Shown one piece after another: positions 33,261 to 49,585 of a stretch of DNA of 64,000 nt (position 1 is the stretch's first letter; the number at the start of each line of letters is the position of its first letter). The notes under the pieces were generated by a model. The model did no database searches. It saw nothing but the letters and a program-made list of their open reading frames with translations, and had not been told where the DNA came from. A program made the position numbers and the translations under genes. Source of the stretch: the human T2T-CHM13v2.0 reference genome, Homo sapiens; assembly GCF_009914755.1 (NCBI RefSeq), contig NC_060938.1; one strand, given 5' to 3'.

Positions 33261-36208
33261 TAAAAACCTACTAAAAGATTGGCAATCATAGATGTCAATT
33301 TTTGAGAGGAAAGTTGTTGGTAGGCAAGCCTTTAATTTTGGGCAAGAATAAAAGCAAGTTGATTTTAAGGTTTCCCTGGCTGTATGAATATTTCTTCCAA
33401 AGGACATGGTCAGAAATCTCCAGGGAATTTCAAATCTCTTTTCTAGGGAGAATCCAATTTTTCTGGTGTAGACCGGCATCGCCAAACCATCATCAGTGCA
33501 GCATGGCTTCCTCCTTCATTCCTCCTTCACCAGCTCTGTACTGCCGCCTGCCAGGTTCCAGGAAGGGCGGTGATGCAGATCCGTGAATAACCAAGACAAC
33601 ATCCCCTGCCTGGGAAAGCTGCCCTGTTCCATCCTCACTGCAGTCCCACACTCTCTCAAAGGGACCCTTCAAGATTATGGCAGCCCTTCTTGCTGCGCTA
33701 TCAGGATTAGGGCTGGAGTTGTGAACCCAGAATAGCAAATTCAATTCCTCTCAAATCAGTTTCTCAACGTTGTCCTCTAACCTCTTAGCAGGATTGAGGG
33801 AGTTTCTTTCTCTTCATTAGGCAGGTTGTGGGACTCACTTAAACCAAGCAGCAAAGAGGTTAATTGACCAGGTTTGTGTTGTTATTTATATGTCATGTAA
33901 ACACCCAGCTGGTCCTGGCCTTTACATTTGGCCATATCTCAGCAGGGATCACAGGATAAACTTGACACTTGTGAGACTCCCCAGAGAGGTCTTGAGATTG
34001 GGAACACATTCTTTTGAAGTGTATCATCCGCTTCAATCTATTCTTTAGGCCAAATCCTAATAATCACACCTGTCCTCCTTGTAAGGGTCCAATTGTGGAT
34101 GAGGCAATTTTTCCTTTTTCTGTCCGAAGAAGAGATTATTATCTTAAAAAAAAGACAGTCTTGTAAGAGGCAAATTCAAATACAGATTAAAATAATAATA
34201 ATACTTAGCATTTCCACCCCACCTTTCATCTGCAGAGCTCAAAGTACTTGGCAAACATTAATTAATTCTCAAAACAGCCTTATGAGGTGAGTAGGGGTAT
34301 TATCTTTATAATAATATATAAATACTGGCTGGTTCATGAAAGCAGCCACTTAAAAGGGACAGTGCTACAGGATTAGTTTCAAAAACAGTCTTCTCACCTG
34401 GTCTAGACTTAATAATTTTGGATAACACATTTGGGAGTGCCAAATTTCCTAATAATACGATACCCTAGAGTGAACATATATACCCTTTCAAAGTGATGTC
34501 TCTAGTGGTTTAAGGCAGTCTTATCTATTTGAAGGAAATTTTTAATGTTAAAAAATTCTAATTGTGGGTTGTTCACTTGAAATGATGTCAGTCTACACAT
34601 GAAAGGATTCTAAACTGTCCTAGTGCATAAAGTTTAGTGGCGCGAGTCTGGGATTCTATTTCAAATGCATTTGCACTTGAAGGGTTGGTGACAATTTCAA
34701 GGTTTTATGTTTTTACTCATCGATTTAAATTTTGAGCATGTCGCAAATCACAGTTCCATGACTTGTCAAAATGCATACCAACCAGAATTTCTGTCTCATC
34801 ACCAGAGATGAAAAATACCAAGACAGATAAAAGCTGACCAGGAATGCATTAAATTGGCTCCCAAATGAATCATACAAAAAGGTGGTCTATTTTTATTTGG
34901 TATCCTTTTCTTCCTTTGTCTCCTGTCGTGACCTCCTTTAGCAAATAGAATAGTATTCCATTTTCCAGTTGCTAACCTGAATTCCCCGGAGTTGGTTTCT
35001 GAGCATAGAACCGTCAGTGAAGCCCACCGCCTGTGGGGTGTGTTCTGTCATAGCTTTGGTTCCATCTGTGCTTATTTTTCCTGAAGACAATGCTCGTCTA
35101 TGCGAAATTGTACTGGCTTTTTGATCCTGAAAAATTAATGCTTTGGGTTAGTAGAAATTATACTTTTTCTATCCTAAACTCGCCCCGCATCAAGAATTAC
35201 CTTGCCCACAGTAAACATTAATTCAGGATTTTCTTTGTTTTATTGAGATGTAAAAATATCCCTAGACTCTGGCTGAAATCATTGTTCATTGTCTTGGTTG
35301 GGTAAATCCTCTATTTTAAAGTTGTATTTGTTGCTCCGAATTTTTTACTTATTGATCCTAGTATGTGAATTGGTCCACTTGATCATGAAAGAAACCTTAT
35401 ATACCACTTAACCATGCAGTATTGATCTGCTAAATCTATCTGCTTGCCTCTGTCAATGGCTTCACTTAGCAGCCTCAAGAGAGAAAACCTGGTTTTGGTC
35501 TCATAGCTTTGGTTGAGCTGATGGTCTCCAATCTCCAAAGTGGGATAAACCAGATTCCTTCACTGTGTTTATCTTGGCCCGCCATGTCTCTTTATGGAGA
35601 AAATGGTCCAAATAAAGTGCTTCCTCTGTGTATTTTGACAGGAAACACTACTAATATGCTTTCCTTTTGTTGTGTGCCTTTCTCCTTTCTCCCAGTGTTG
35701 TTTAAATATTTTCAGTACAATGACATATTTATTAATCCACTACTCTCTGCATGGGGCATGAAATGATTGGTTCTTCTGTAAAGCCCTCTTAGAAAAGGTG
35801 GTTTCTCCAGTGAGAGTTAATAATATTACCACTATTCATGTAAAAAAACACTGAGACAATCTCTTAAAAATGGAACACATTTATCTAAAACAGCTGGTAA
35901 AGAAAGCACGCAGGCCCAGCCAGAGGCGGCGAGGTCAGAGGTCAGGGTTAACACCGATCTCGGTGGAACTTTGAAGCTGACATTTTACAGATTATATGTG
36001 TCTCAGTGCACAGTGGGCATGGCATATAAATTGGACTTAGAGACCCCTATTTGTTCTCTGCATTTTTATGAGCCCACAGAGCTCTTCTTTGAAGCAGCAT
36101 ACATAGAAAATAAAAACTCATTTTAATGTTGTGGAACTATTTACAATAAATCACATTTACATCCTGCCTTTTCCTAAGCATAAGATCTTTCTCCCTCTCT
36201 CTCTCTGT

Positions 36209-36216
36209 CACACACA

Positions 36217-36262
<46 letters not shown>

Positions 36263-36272
36263 TACACACACA
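36209..36272. repeat. (CA)n microsatellite
   Basis: Read directly. Confidence 0.95.
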
Positions 36273-38069
36273 TTCATGGAGTCTATTTCCCAACCTGGGG
36301 AGCTTATTTTTCACCTTATAGTATTGTAAACCTAGCTTCCTCTCTCTCTTTGCCTTGACTTAGGAATCAGATTAGAGATTCAGCTATATTTAGTACCACA
36401 AGGACACCTTTTGTAAGTCATGTGAGGTGATTCAGCTAGAACGAGCACTCTTCACTCCCAGGACAATCCCCTGATACCATAAAATGCTTGCTATAGCATG
36501 GCACTTCAGCACTAGAAGAAAGCATCTGATTTCAAAGAGATTGAGTTCCACTCTGGAACTAATTATATCATTCGTTTTATGGATTTTTTTTTTCTAAGTT
36601 GCTAGGTGTTTTAACTGGAGAAGGCTGGCGACCAAGAGAGAAACATACTGGCAGAGATTCTGCCATGGGCACTTTAGCCACCTAATTAATTTTCAATAAA
36701 AACTCGCAATAGTTAATTTGCTCTAGACCCCAATGTAAATCAAACTGAGACAAATAGGTTAAAATTAGAAATGTGTGATGGAAACCATGTTTATGGTCAA
36801 AATTACCTTTCACCCTGGAAATAACACAGATTGACAGGGAAAGAAAATGAGACCACACAGGTTTTTGTTCAAAGAGACTCTTAAGTGAATTAAACATTTT
36901 ATTAAGGGGAAACCTGGACCAAAAAAAAGTTTCCAGGATCTATGAAATAATGTTATTTTAATAAAAAGTAAAGTTTTAAAAAGAGTTACCTTAAAAATCA
37001 CAAGATTAAGACATTTTCATTATACAAAGTTGCCTGGTATCCCCTTTTATTTTTTTCCCAGGCTTAACATGATGTAGGGTATAATAGTAAAAATACTATA
37101 AAGTTATTAAGTTCCTGGGTCTAAGTTGGCAGACATACCCACCCAGTGCCACATTCCTTCAGCTCCTATGTTTCAAAACATTACTTTCCTACATCAAATA
37201 ACCATTTTTACTTTTATGAGAACACAGACATAGATTTTTTATGATTTTATAATTATACTTCAATCCTCCAATTAAAATGCCCAGACAATATAGATATCTT
37301 TGGCCCAGTCTATTGGACAAATATTATTATTAAAGTTCCCTCCAGGACTTTATATTTGCAAAATATTTTGTGGGCTTTAATCATTTTAAATTGCCTTAAC
37401 TTTGCCCATTTTCTCCATGCCACTCTGTTATTTCTCAGGCAACCATTTCATTTTAACCCACAAACTACTCATGTGATGCAAGGTGAAATAAGCTAATTTT
37501 TTAACATATTGGAATGTTAGTCTCAGTGATTGTTAGCTCCTTCCTCGTCCTTTGCTGAACATGGCAATTCAAACCACCCCTGGATTCTATTTTTATTTCA
37601 CTTTTGCCAAGTTCACGAAGTCAATTCCCTCTTTCCCACTCAATCTGGCTTTTCTTCCTGCCCCAAAGGAATGATGTTGTCACTGTGATGTCTTCTAATG
37701 CACTATAAATGCCGTGATGAATTGGAGGCAGGCTGGTTTCTTCTGAGTGGGAGTCCATTATCCTGTCAGAGTGTTCCTTTCCTGTAACTTAATTTTTATT
37801 GTAACAAATGACTAAGTACCAAAAAATGAAACAATGTGATGGGCCGATCTAAAGTGGCCTTCCTCTGATGGTAAGTGGAGCAGAGTGACAATTGTTTGCA
37901 GCTGCTTTCCACAGGGCTCTCTGATGACATTCACTACCCAAATTGGAGTTATCAAAAGCATTTTCTGGGCGTTTATGGAAGATCTTCATTCACACTGACT
38001 GACTAACGATACCAATATAAATAAAGTGCTTTGCAAAAGAGGTCACGTTAAGAGTAAGAGTGGAAGAGA

Positions 38070-38262
38070 CAGATTCTCAAACCCGGCTGCACGTAAGAAT
38101 CACCTGGAGATCTTGTTAAACTGAAATTCAGGGGCTCAGCTCCCATCAAAGGAGATACCCATTTAGTCTGCTGAGGTAGGACCTAGGAACAAGCATTTTA
38201 AACAAGCATCTCTGCTAAATCTGTTGAAGCAGTCATACACATTATACTGTGAGAAACACTAG
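38070..38262. mobile_element. MER5A-like hAT remnant
   Basis: TTCTCAAAC..GGCTGCAC..AGAATCACCTGGAGA..TGAGAAACACT. Confidence 0.7.
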
Positions 38263-40409
38263 CCTAGAGCTCTGGTCAATTAATCTTTTCAATAAATCTC
38301 CACTGCACACTTGACCTTTATTTTATAACAAAGCATTTTTTTTTCCTGCTTGGATTTCTAACTAGGGTAGTTCACTCAAATCCTAGTTCCAATTTGAATA
38401 TGATCTGTTCACAGTTGGTCCATTTTCCCCGATTTGTTTTACAGATTAATAACCAACATGTCTGAAAGGTTAAAATCATCTGTTAAAGATGATGTGAGAA
38501 TATTAATCTGGAATCCATCAATCCCCAGAAATCCAATAAATTTGGCGTATAAGTGACCGAGCCTTCATCTGGACCAGAGGGTTCACAGATTTCACCATAT
38601 TCCCAAATGGGTCTGTGACCCAGAAAAGATTAAAGACCAGTATCCTGGAAGTGAACGAATTTGGCCTCATTAATATGAAACTTCCGTATCAAACAAATGG
38701 TTGCAATGTCTAAATGGTATAACTGATTACATGTCTAAATAATATAACTGATATTAAGGTTCTAGCTTTACAGGTGATTAACATTTTATAATAAAAATAA
38801 AGCTAATTGCAACCCTTCTGAAATATTAGAATGTTGTTTGATATTTGAAGTTTAATATGTAGTGTAATTGCATTGTCCTGGAAGCACTGAAACTACTCTC
38901 CTAAGAAACATTTAGGAACAAAGGACAGAACCACTAGGTTTTACCTCTATGGGTTTAAATGGAGTCTATTTTGGAGGCAGAGTGAAACTGAATAAATTCT
39001 AGAAGATCATGGAATCTCAGTATCAATTCTTCCGTCTATTAAACATTTATTGAGGGCCCATCAAGAAAAATAAAAACTATCATATGTTTATTGGAAGCTG
39101 AGGCTAGCAGATTTGTGAAATACCCTAGTTTCATCTAAACATATGCACACCTGTGAATTGTCATGGTGGCATTCTGTAGCCATTAAACTTTCAGTTGGAA
39201 TAATTTCAGTAAATCACAGTTAACTTTATTAATCCATGTAATCTGTAAGAACAAAAGGATGATTTTTTTTCTTAAAAAAATGTTTGAACATCAATTAGTT
39301 AAAAGGCTGGATGAGAGTGGGAGATGATTATTGGGGAAAGAAGCAAAATAATAGCTTTGTGAGTAAAACCACAAATCCTTTAATCTATTGATTTCCACAG
39401 AAATAATGCTAACCTTTGCGGATAATCACAAAACGTGAAATGAAAGACATATCAAAGAAATATCAAACATTCTGGCTGTACCCAAACAACTTCTGGTAGG
39501 AAGACAAGATGTACTTCAAGGGACTTCCAAGTATTTCATTTTAATCACAAACCTTGAGGTGTTAAAGGGGTTCATGAGGTCTCAACTCATTGTCAACTAA
39601 TTATCTTTAAGTTGTTGTCAGCACATTCTAATTATTATGCTCCTGTCAGCTCCACCACTGGGGGTGCACAATCCTAGAGTAATCGGTTCCAAAAACAATA
39701 CCACCACCACCAACAAAAAAACCAAACAAACCAACAAACCCAGGGATGACTCACCTGGCTGCTGCTTGGTTTGCTAAACTAAACTGTTGCCGTCACCAAC
39801 GCACACACGCACATGCACATGCACATGCAAAAAGCTTTTAGGAACTTTCATCTTTTTAAAAGGGCAAGGGAAAAAAATCAATAAAGTGGTGGCCTGGCCA
39901 GCAGTAGGGAATAGTTGAAGCAGCATGGGTGGCTGCGCTGTATGAGAAACAGATGTAAGCTCTCTGGGAATTGGGCAGGCATTTCTCTTTACAGCCAAAT
40001 CAACCAGCCAATGGAAGGCAATTAATGTCCCTACCATCGGTCACCCACCCATTCCCAAAAAGATTATTCAGTGTGGCTGCTGAGGCCAAGAGCAGAAAGG
40101 GACATCCACCCAGCTGGAGAACATATGATTTGGGCTCACACTTTACCCAAGTCGTATTCTTAAATATGATTTATTTCGAGGTCTGAATCAGCAGGGGAAG
40201 GCTCTCTTGCTGTTCTGACTTGGCACATTCTACCATCAGACAAGTCTAAATTCATCTGTTGCCATTTACATCCATATCTTTTTTTTTTAATTTATTTTTC
40301 TTGGCCTAGGAATCCTTTTAGAGTTGGTAAAAGACATGGACCTGACACAAAAGGATTCTTGCTGGTGTAGAGTTAGATGTTACAGATTTAAGGATTTGGA
40401 ATGATTCAA

Positions 40410-41320
40410 CCCCTTTGGAAAACTGGCAGTTTCTCATAAAGATAAACAGGCATCTACCCTACAACTCAGCAATTCCAGTCCTAAGTATTACCTGAAATAA
40501 ATCAAAAGATATATCCACAGAAATAATCATTTAAGAATATTCAGAGCAGCACCGGGCACGGTAGCTCACGCTTGTAATCCTAGCACTTTGGGAGGCCGAG
40601 GCGGGCAAATCACGAGGTCAGGAGTTCATGACCAGCCTGGCCAACATGGTGAAACCCCATCTCTACTAAAAATACAAAAAATTAGCTGGGCGTAGTGGTG
40701 GGCACCTTTAATCCCAGCTACTTGGGAGGCGGAGGCAGGAGAATTGCTTGAACCTGGGAAGTGGAGGTTGCAGTGAGCCAAGATCGGCACCACTGCACTC
40801 CAGCTCAGTGACAGAGTGAGACTCTGTATAAAAAAAAAAAAAGAATATTCAGAGCAGCATTACTCATAATAGCTCCAAACTGGAAACAGCCCAGACGTCC
40901 ATTCATAGTAGAAAGGAAGGATAATCAAGTTGCATATTCATACAACAAAACACTACTCAGCAATAAAAAGGAATGAACTACAGATACACAGTATGATAGA
41001 GAATCTCAAAAGCATTGCGGGGATCAAAAGAAGCTGGATATAAAAGAATACAAGCAGTATGATTCATTTATATGAAGTCTACAAATGGGCAAAATTAATC
41101 TATAGTGAGAGATGTCAGAAGTCAGAAAGAAGTCACCTTTGGCAAAGGGATAATTGAGTGGGAAGGGGCACAAAGAAACTTTTTGGGATGATGGGAATAG
41201 TCTATATCTTGTTTTGAATCATGGTTACGTTTGTGAATACAGCGGACAAAATGCATGGAGCTGAACACCTAAGATCTGTACATGGCATTGTATGTAAATC
41301 ATGTCTCAAGGTTTTTAAAA
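40410..41320 (+). mobile_element. L1ME/MC 3' fragment with AluS at 40551-40841
   Basis: L1 3' pattern; Alu TSD AAGAATATTCAGAGCAGCA. Confidence 0.8.
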
Positions 41321-42455
41321 ATTGAAAAGTGAAGGATTTTTCTAAACCCAGATGATGCAACAGAAAAAAAAAATGAGGAAATCAAAAAATAGGGAAAATG
41401 GGGGGAAGTGGATGATGCCGGGGAAAGCCAAATTAATTAAGGATAAGGATACATATGAATGTATGTAGAAATACCCAGCCATTTACCTAAGATTTTCTCG
41501 AGTGCTTACTAAGGGCCTGATACTGTGCTAATCACTTTAATATACATTATCTCATTTAGTCTTCTTTTTCTTTGACCCTCCAGTACACAGAATTGGATTA
41601 ATCATATTCCTTGGTTCATGACATATTCTCATCATTGGTCCATTTGTAGCTAGTTTGCTAGTTTTATTTAGTTGACTACTTATTTTTATTCATTATATGT
41701 GTTCACGAGCCTGCCGCTCCATCACAAACTAGCACCTTGACTATAACCAGTTATCTCCCTATTTGATCCTCTCTCCCTCCCATTCTCCCTTATTCCCTCT
41801 CATTCAAAGCAGTCATCACCCTGGACCTTGTGTTTATCATTCTTTTTCTTTTTTGCACATGATTCTACTGCTGCTGTATGAACTCATAAACATATAGACT
41901 TCAATGTTATTTAGCTTTACCTTTATGAAAAAATGTGCTATACATAATCTTTGGAGATTTATTTTTTCCTTTAATATTATATTGCTAAGATTCATTTATG
42001 TTATTGTGTGTTTGTGTATCATTTAATCTTTACTACAACCTTGTAAAATTGGTATTACTATCCACATTTATGGAAGATAAAGTTGAGGCTCAGAGAAGTT
42101 GATTAATATGCCTAAGGACACACAGCTAGGAAGGGGCAGAGGCAAGATTCAAAGCTGAATCTCTTAACCAATATACTACACTGCCTTCTCAATTCTATTG
42201 CCAATTATCTATAGCCATATCTCTATCTATACCTATTTGTATCCATATCCATTGCTGTACATATTTATATATAAGCATAAATGTCTCCAGGTAGTGGAAT
42301 ACAAAATAATCAGCCAAGTTCATCTAATAATTTATGGGTTGTTATACCCCGATAGAGAAATACAAACACAAGCCCATAACTTCAAGGGTCAAGTCCTCTA
42401 AAATTTAGAATATACGAGCAGGTAATGTCTAAGGAAAAGCATCTGAAGTCAGAGT

Positions 42456-42458
<3 letters not shown>

Positions 42459-42495
<37 letters not shown>

Positions 42496-42498
42496 TGT
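42459..42498. repeat. (TG)n microsatellite
   Basis: Read directly. Confidence 0.95.
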
Positions 42499-43741
42499 AC
42501 GCACGTGCATGTGCAGTTTCTGGAAAGTGTCTAAGAACAACATCCTTATTTTATTTAATCTCATATGCCAAAAGGGCAAATACATGGGCATTGTTTAACT
42601 GAGTCCTTGCTCTGCACCTTATAACTGTATACCAGAGGCCGTGGAAACTGGATCGCCCTCTCAGGATGCCATTATAGCCAAGCAGAATCTCATTAAAAAT
42701 CAATTCCTCGGGTCCATAAAGCCAGTTTATTTTATCTTCCTGGAGTGCCTGCTGCTAGCAGTTACACAGTTTCATTGTGTGGCAGTCTTGTCTGTTAAGA
42801 ACATTGCACAAAACGGCTATTTAAAGATTTTCCATTTTTATGTTAAACTTTATAATTTTACAGTAGTTTAAGTTTACAGGGTTTGCTTTTCAAGCTTAGG
42901 GTATCTTGTTACATGGGTTGGAAGTAGCATTGCCAGTCCTAAGGTTCCACTAATTAAATATTTGCCTTTATAAACTAGATGTTGTCCAATGTGAGTGTGC
43001 AGATTTAATTGGGCAGCAGAGCTCCAGATCTAAGAAAGCCTGATTTGGCCACTTTCAGCAATTTCTCATTCACTGCTGCTTTTTGATTGTTGAATTGTGC
43101 CTAGGGCCTTCACTAGTAGTAACACAAAAATCAGCTAGGGAATTTGCTCTTTGTAGTAATCCTAATTCAACTCTCTCTAAATATCTTACAAATCAATATT
43201 AGCCAAATTTTATAAATGGGGAGTTGAAAGCACATAGAGATTTAGTGACCTGTACAGGTCACCCTGAATGAGCAACACAGGCAGAAGAAATTGGAGAGGC
43301 TACTCTGGCCCCATCTGGAATCTTTTAACTCTTTTGACCCCCTTCAGTGGGCTTCAGGGCTCGCTGATTTCAAAGATCAGTGACCTTTTTGGGATAGTGC
43401 TTGGCAGTGAAACAGAGAGGCTTGAATTCCTTAGATTTTGGCTACTGTGGTCCATGACGCAGTTTGAGTTTGTTTTTTAGAAGAGTCCGTGCTGTTAGTG
43501 AGGAGAGTAAGGAGGGATGGGGAATGGTGTGTTGGGCTGGGATTGAAGTAGGAAGATGTTTAAGATCACTAGAGCCACCCAGTGTTCCTTCCCTACCACG
43601 TGTTGAGGACTAGCATAAGCATGTCATTACAATTTTTTTTAAAGGTTAGAAGTTGACATTGGAAGGAACCAAATCCAAAACAATCCTCAACATAACCTTT
43701 TTCAAATTCTCAGTGGAAAATAACAGGGTTATCCTCTGTTA

Positions 43742-44098
<357 letters not shown>

Positions 44099-44379
44099 TT
44101 ACAGAGGAGACACAGAACATTAAATAACTTTTCCAGGTCACATACTTAGGTATTGGCAGAAAATGGACCATCACCCAGGATCACCACCTCCCAAGCCAGT
44201 GCTTCTCTCTGTCACCCCTCTGCCACTAAGAGCACCTTTCATAAGCCCTACACCAAATCATCTTTGAATTTAGAGTCATTTTAGTCTGGGCTTGAAAACA
44301 TAAAACTGCAATATTGCTACATTAGTGTACAGTGCTAATGTTTGCTTAGGGTGAGACTGGGCTAGGAGAATAAGATCTA

Positions 44380-45203
<824 letters not shown>

Positions 45204-46368
45204 TCAGCACTGAAACATGGATCTTGAGCAAAGACAGATGGAAACTTGTTTTACGAAGGACCAGGAGAGGAATTGTCTCACGAGAATATGTAACTAGAAA
45301 TGGCTTTATATGCCTGGTTCATCTATATGCTGCTAATGCACTTATTTGTGTATATTTTATGCTAATAGAGGCCCTAAAACTGATATAAGAATCTGTGTAT
45401 GCTAAAAAAAATTCTGATTCCCCGAGCTTTGCTGAAACGGCGCCTAGGGAGGGAGATGAGGTGATGGGGATGGGTGATGGGAAACAAGAAACACAGTTTT
45501 TGAAGGAAAAGCAAAAACTTCATTCCTTGGGTGGGATGGTAGAGGGTGGGGTTGAAGGGAGTCTTCAACCACGCCAAGTCTAAATAGACTGGGAGGCTTT
45601 TATTTGGAACTCTCCTTTGGCAACGTTTTATCACAGCATGTTTTCCATTCTTGGCGGAGAAAAGGACCTGGAGGCTATAGAACTGGCTCAGTCTTCACTC
45701 TGACAATACGTTCACAATAATGGAAGACATCTTTTCCCTATAACTTTGAAAAACATGAAAGCAGATATTGGCTCTGAGTATGTCTGATAGTCTAACTTTA
45801 TTTCCTGTCAACAGAAATAACTATGATTTATATGTGGTCATCAACTTCGCATACTCACATACAATTCAGATTGAGAGAGTACAGCGAGATGTAATGCTCG
45901 GAGCCGTGATGTATGCCTATCTAGCAAAGCTTCCCGGTTCAAGGAGACCTCAGGGACTGAGAAAGACTCTTTAATATTCTCACTCTTCTGACACTCTAGC
46001 CCCAAGTGCATCCTTCCAGTGAGGTATATTACATGGGCTTCAGACGAACTACATGTAGGCTTTGATCTCTGAGCCCCTCAGCTACCCTTCTTGTGATCCT
46101 GAAGGTTGGTTGGACTGAATCCAATAATTATAGTGAGATGCTGAAGGCTGAGGAGCTGATTCATGTTGGCATCCGGCACACTGTTTTATTCTTTTAGTAT
46201 TCGTTTACATCAGAGGAGTGAGAGCATTTTAAAAATTCCATTTTCTTCTCAGAATGGATTGATAGTGCAGGCAGTGGAAATTGAGTGAATACACCTTTTC
46301 AGTTAATGCCATCTTATGTCATCTGGTTTTGAATTCAAAAGCATTTTTTCCACTGTCTTGTTGTTATG

Positions 46369-46898
46369 CTGTATAATTTATTGAATTTAAGATGTCGAGA
46401 ATCATAAGATGCACCATTACGTTATGTACCACTAAGAAAAAAAATGCTGCCAATTAAAATATCACCTAACAATTTTTTACATTTTTTGCACTTTATCCTT
46501 ATTAAAAGGGTGCTTTTATATTTGTTTAGATAGATTTTTCTTACGTATCATGCTTCTGCTGATATGAAAAGAAAAATATATTTAAAATAAACTAAGCTTT
46601 ATTTTTGCTAAGATTTTCCTAAAATTCCTTCATGTTCAGAGTCCAACTCTTCGGAATCCCTTAAAGACAGAATCTTCAATGTCTATGTTATTGTACACAA
46701 TGCAGTGTTTTGCCCCAAATATGACAGTACTGCACAATGACAGCTACATCCTGACCATTACCTGGCTGACAGTGAGTCTGTCTAAGTGCCAGCAATTGTA
46801 ACATGCCATGGATTGTGAGAAGCCAAGACTTTGATATACATCCTGATTTTAGAAATGTTAAAATGTGGGGGGAAGTGCAGCTTAGAATGGAAGAAATA
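46369..46898. mobile_element. Tc2-type DNA transposon remnant (Kanga/MER104-like)
   Basis: Degenerate inverted termini (CTGTATAATTTATTGAATTTAAGATG / CTTAGAATGGAAGAAATA) and CATCCTGATTTTAGAAATGTTAAAATGTG. Confidence 0.55.
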
Positions 46899-46974
46899 TT
46901 TGTTTTGGTATTGAAGAATGGTACCAGCTTCACTTACACACAATTTTAAAATAGTTTACAAAAATTTATATTTC

Positions 46975-47381
<407 letters not shown>

Positions 47382-47954
47382 TCAAAGCAATTCATAGAAT
47401 GCTAACTGGGCATACTTAATTTTGCTTCTGGAAAGACTCTGGAGGCTTTCTGCTCCAGAAAGAAGTGACTATTGTAAGTGTATCAGTCAGTCCATTAAGC
47501 TGTGAGTCAGTTTCATACAGTTCCTGGGAAAGGCATCTGCCAATATTTATTGGTCTTCCACTTAAAAAGAAAAATATAGTTTCAAATATAAAAAGACATA
47601 TTCTTCCTATTTGGCAAAGACATTTGGTGAAAAGAAAAAAAGTGGCAGTCTTTTCCATTTTTTGTGCCTATGCTTATGACAAAGTAAATGACGTGTACTT
47701 TTCCAAAGTTAGAGCCAAAAATTTTTTCTTTATGACATAGTTGTAAAACTAACATATTTGTGAAAAAGTTTTTTTAGAGAAAAAAGAAATTTGTAGTAAC
47801 CACTAGAATCATATTGCAGAAAATATTATTTGAATAAAAATTAATGATAAATTTTTTGATCACTTAATCATAATGTATAGAAAGTCACAAAATTGTCATA
47901 AAATTTATAAACATCCAAACTTTATTTACTCCCAGGAATTTTAATTAATTAATT

Positions 47955-48219
47955 AATTTTTATTTAAGTTTTAAGTTCAGGGGTACACGTGCAGGTTTGT
48001 TACATAGGTAAACTCACGTTATGGGGTTTGTTGTACAGATTATTTCATCACCCAATTATTAAGCCTAGTATCCATTGGCTATTTTTCCTGATCCTCTCCC
48101 TCCTCCCAACCTCCACCCTCTCATGGGCCCCAGGGTGCGTTGTTCCCCTCTATGCGTCCATGTGTTCTCATCCTTTAGCTTTCACTTATAAGTGAGAACA
48201 TGCGGTATTTGGTTTTCTG
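47955..48219 (-). mobile_element. Older L1PA 3' end
   Basis: GTTCAGGGGTACACGTGCAGGTTTGTTACATAGGTAAAC..AAGTGAGAACATGCGGTATTTGGTTTTCTG. Confidence 0.88.
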
Positions 48220-48734
48220 AGGAGCTTTAATTTCTATAGCTACTATTTACATGCACATACACAATCCCCTAAGAGCAGATTTTTTTTGCTGTCATTTGCA
48301 TTAGACCCAAAGGTAATTAAATGCTGGTGATTCTGTCTATGTCCAGCGGAGGGCAGCAGTGCACATCTTTAGAACGGGATTCTCATTACAGATTGGACCG
48401 ACAATCAACCTGAGAAATTGTACGCTGCGTTCCGTGTCGCTGCAGTCAGGCTCCGGCCACAGGTCCCGTCAGGGGCAGCGAGGCCACGGCGAGGTGACTT
48501 CAGGGGGCCAGGTGGCAGAGTTGAATCCTTTTCTCAGTTCTGTAGAACGACCTTCCCCAGTCCCCGGGTGTACAGCGCAGGAAAAATGCAAGACTCTATG
48601 ACATGCAAAGGGGCTGGCACTGAGCCCACTGCTTGGCTGCTGAGTTTACCTTTGGTAGTAAATTTGAGGAAATGTGGCTAAAATGCTACTTATTCCCTTC
48701 CCAAGATTTCTGTCTTAGGGTTAATTTCTACTTA

Positions 48735-48935
<201 letters not shown>

Positions 48936-49294
48936 TCATGGCTTTGGTGCTATGAGTCTGTAATACAAAAGCCATCTCTCCACGCTAGCAGTGGCCAGGA
49001 TTTTTCCTCCTTCATACAGTGTCTATACTCACCAAAATTCCAAGGGGACTTACCTGCAGGGGCTCCTGTGTTCTTTTGAACTTTCCACTAAAATGGAGTG
49101 CACTGGGCAGTAGTCCACCTAATGTCATTTTTGTTTTTCAACTTAAAGAAAACACATTTAAAAATTATCCAAATTTCTTAATGAGGTCGCAAATGCTTAG
49201 GAATGAATTATTCTAACCTTGTGCATTACTTGAGTCTATAGAAGCACTGGATGCAACACAGAAAAAAGTAGACTCTAAAGGTATCATGATGCAA

Positions 49295-49585
49295 TGGCTC
49301 ACACCTGTAATCCCAGCACGTAGTGAGACTGAGGAGGGAGGACTGCATAAACCCAGGAGTTGGAGGCCAGTGAGGCCCACATAGCAAGACCCTGTCTCTA
49401 CAAAAAAATTTAAAAATTAGCTGGGTGTGATGGCATGTGCCTGTAGTTCATGCTAGTCAGGAGGCTGAGGTGGGAGGATCACTTGGGCCCAGGAGGTCAA
49501 GGCTGCCGTGAGCTGTGATTGCATCACCGCACTGCAGCCTGGGTGGCAGAGCAAGTCCCTGTCTCAAAAAACAAAAGCACAAACA
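49295..49585 (+). mobile_element. AluJ
   Basis: Dimer with AluJ diagnostic sequence. Confidence 0.85.
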
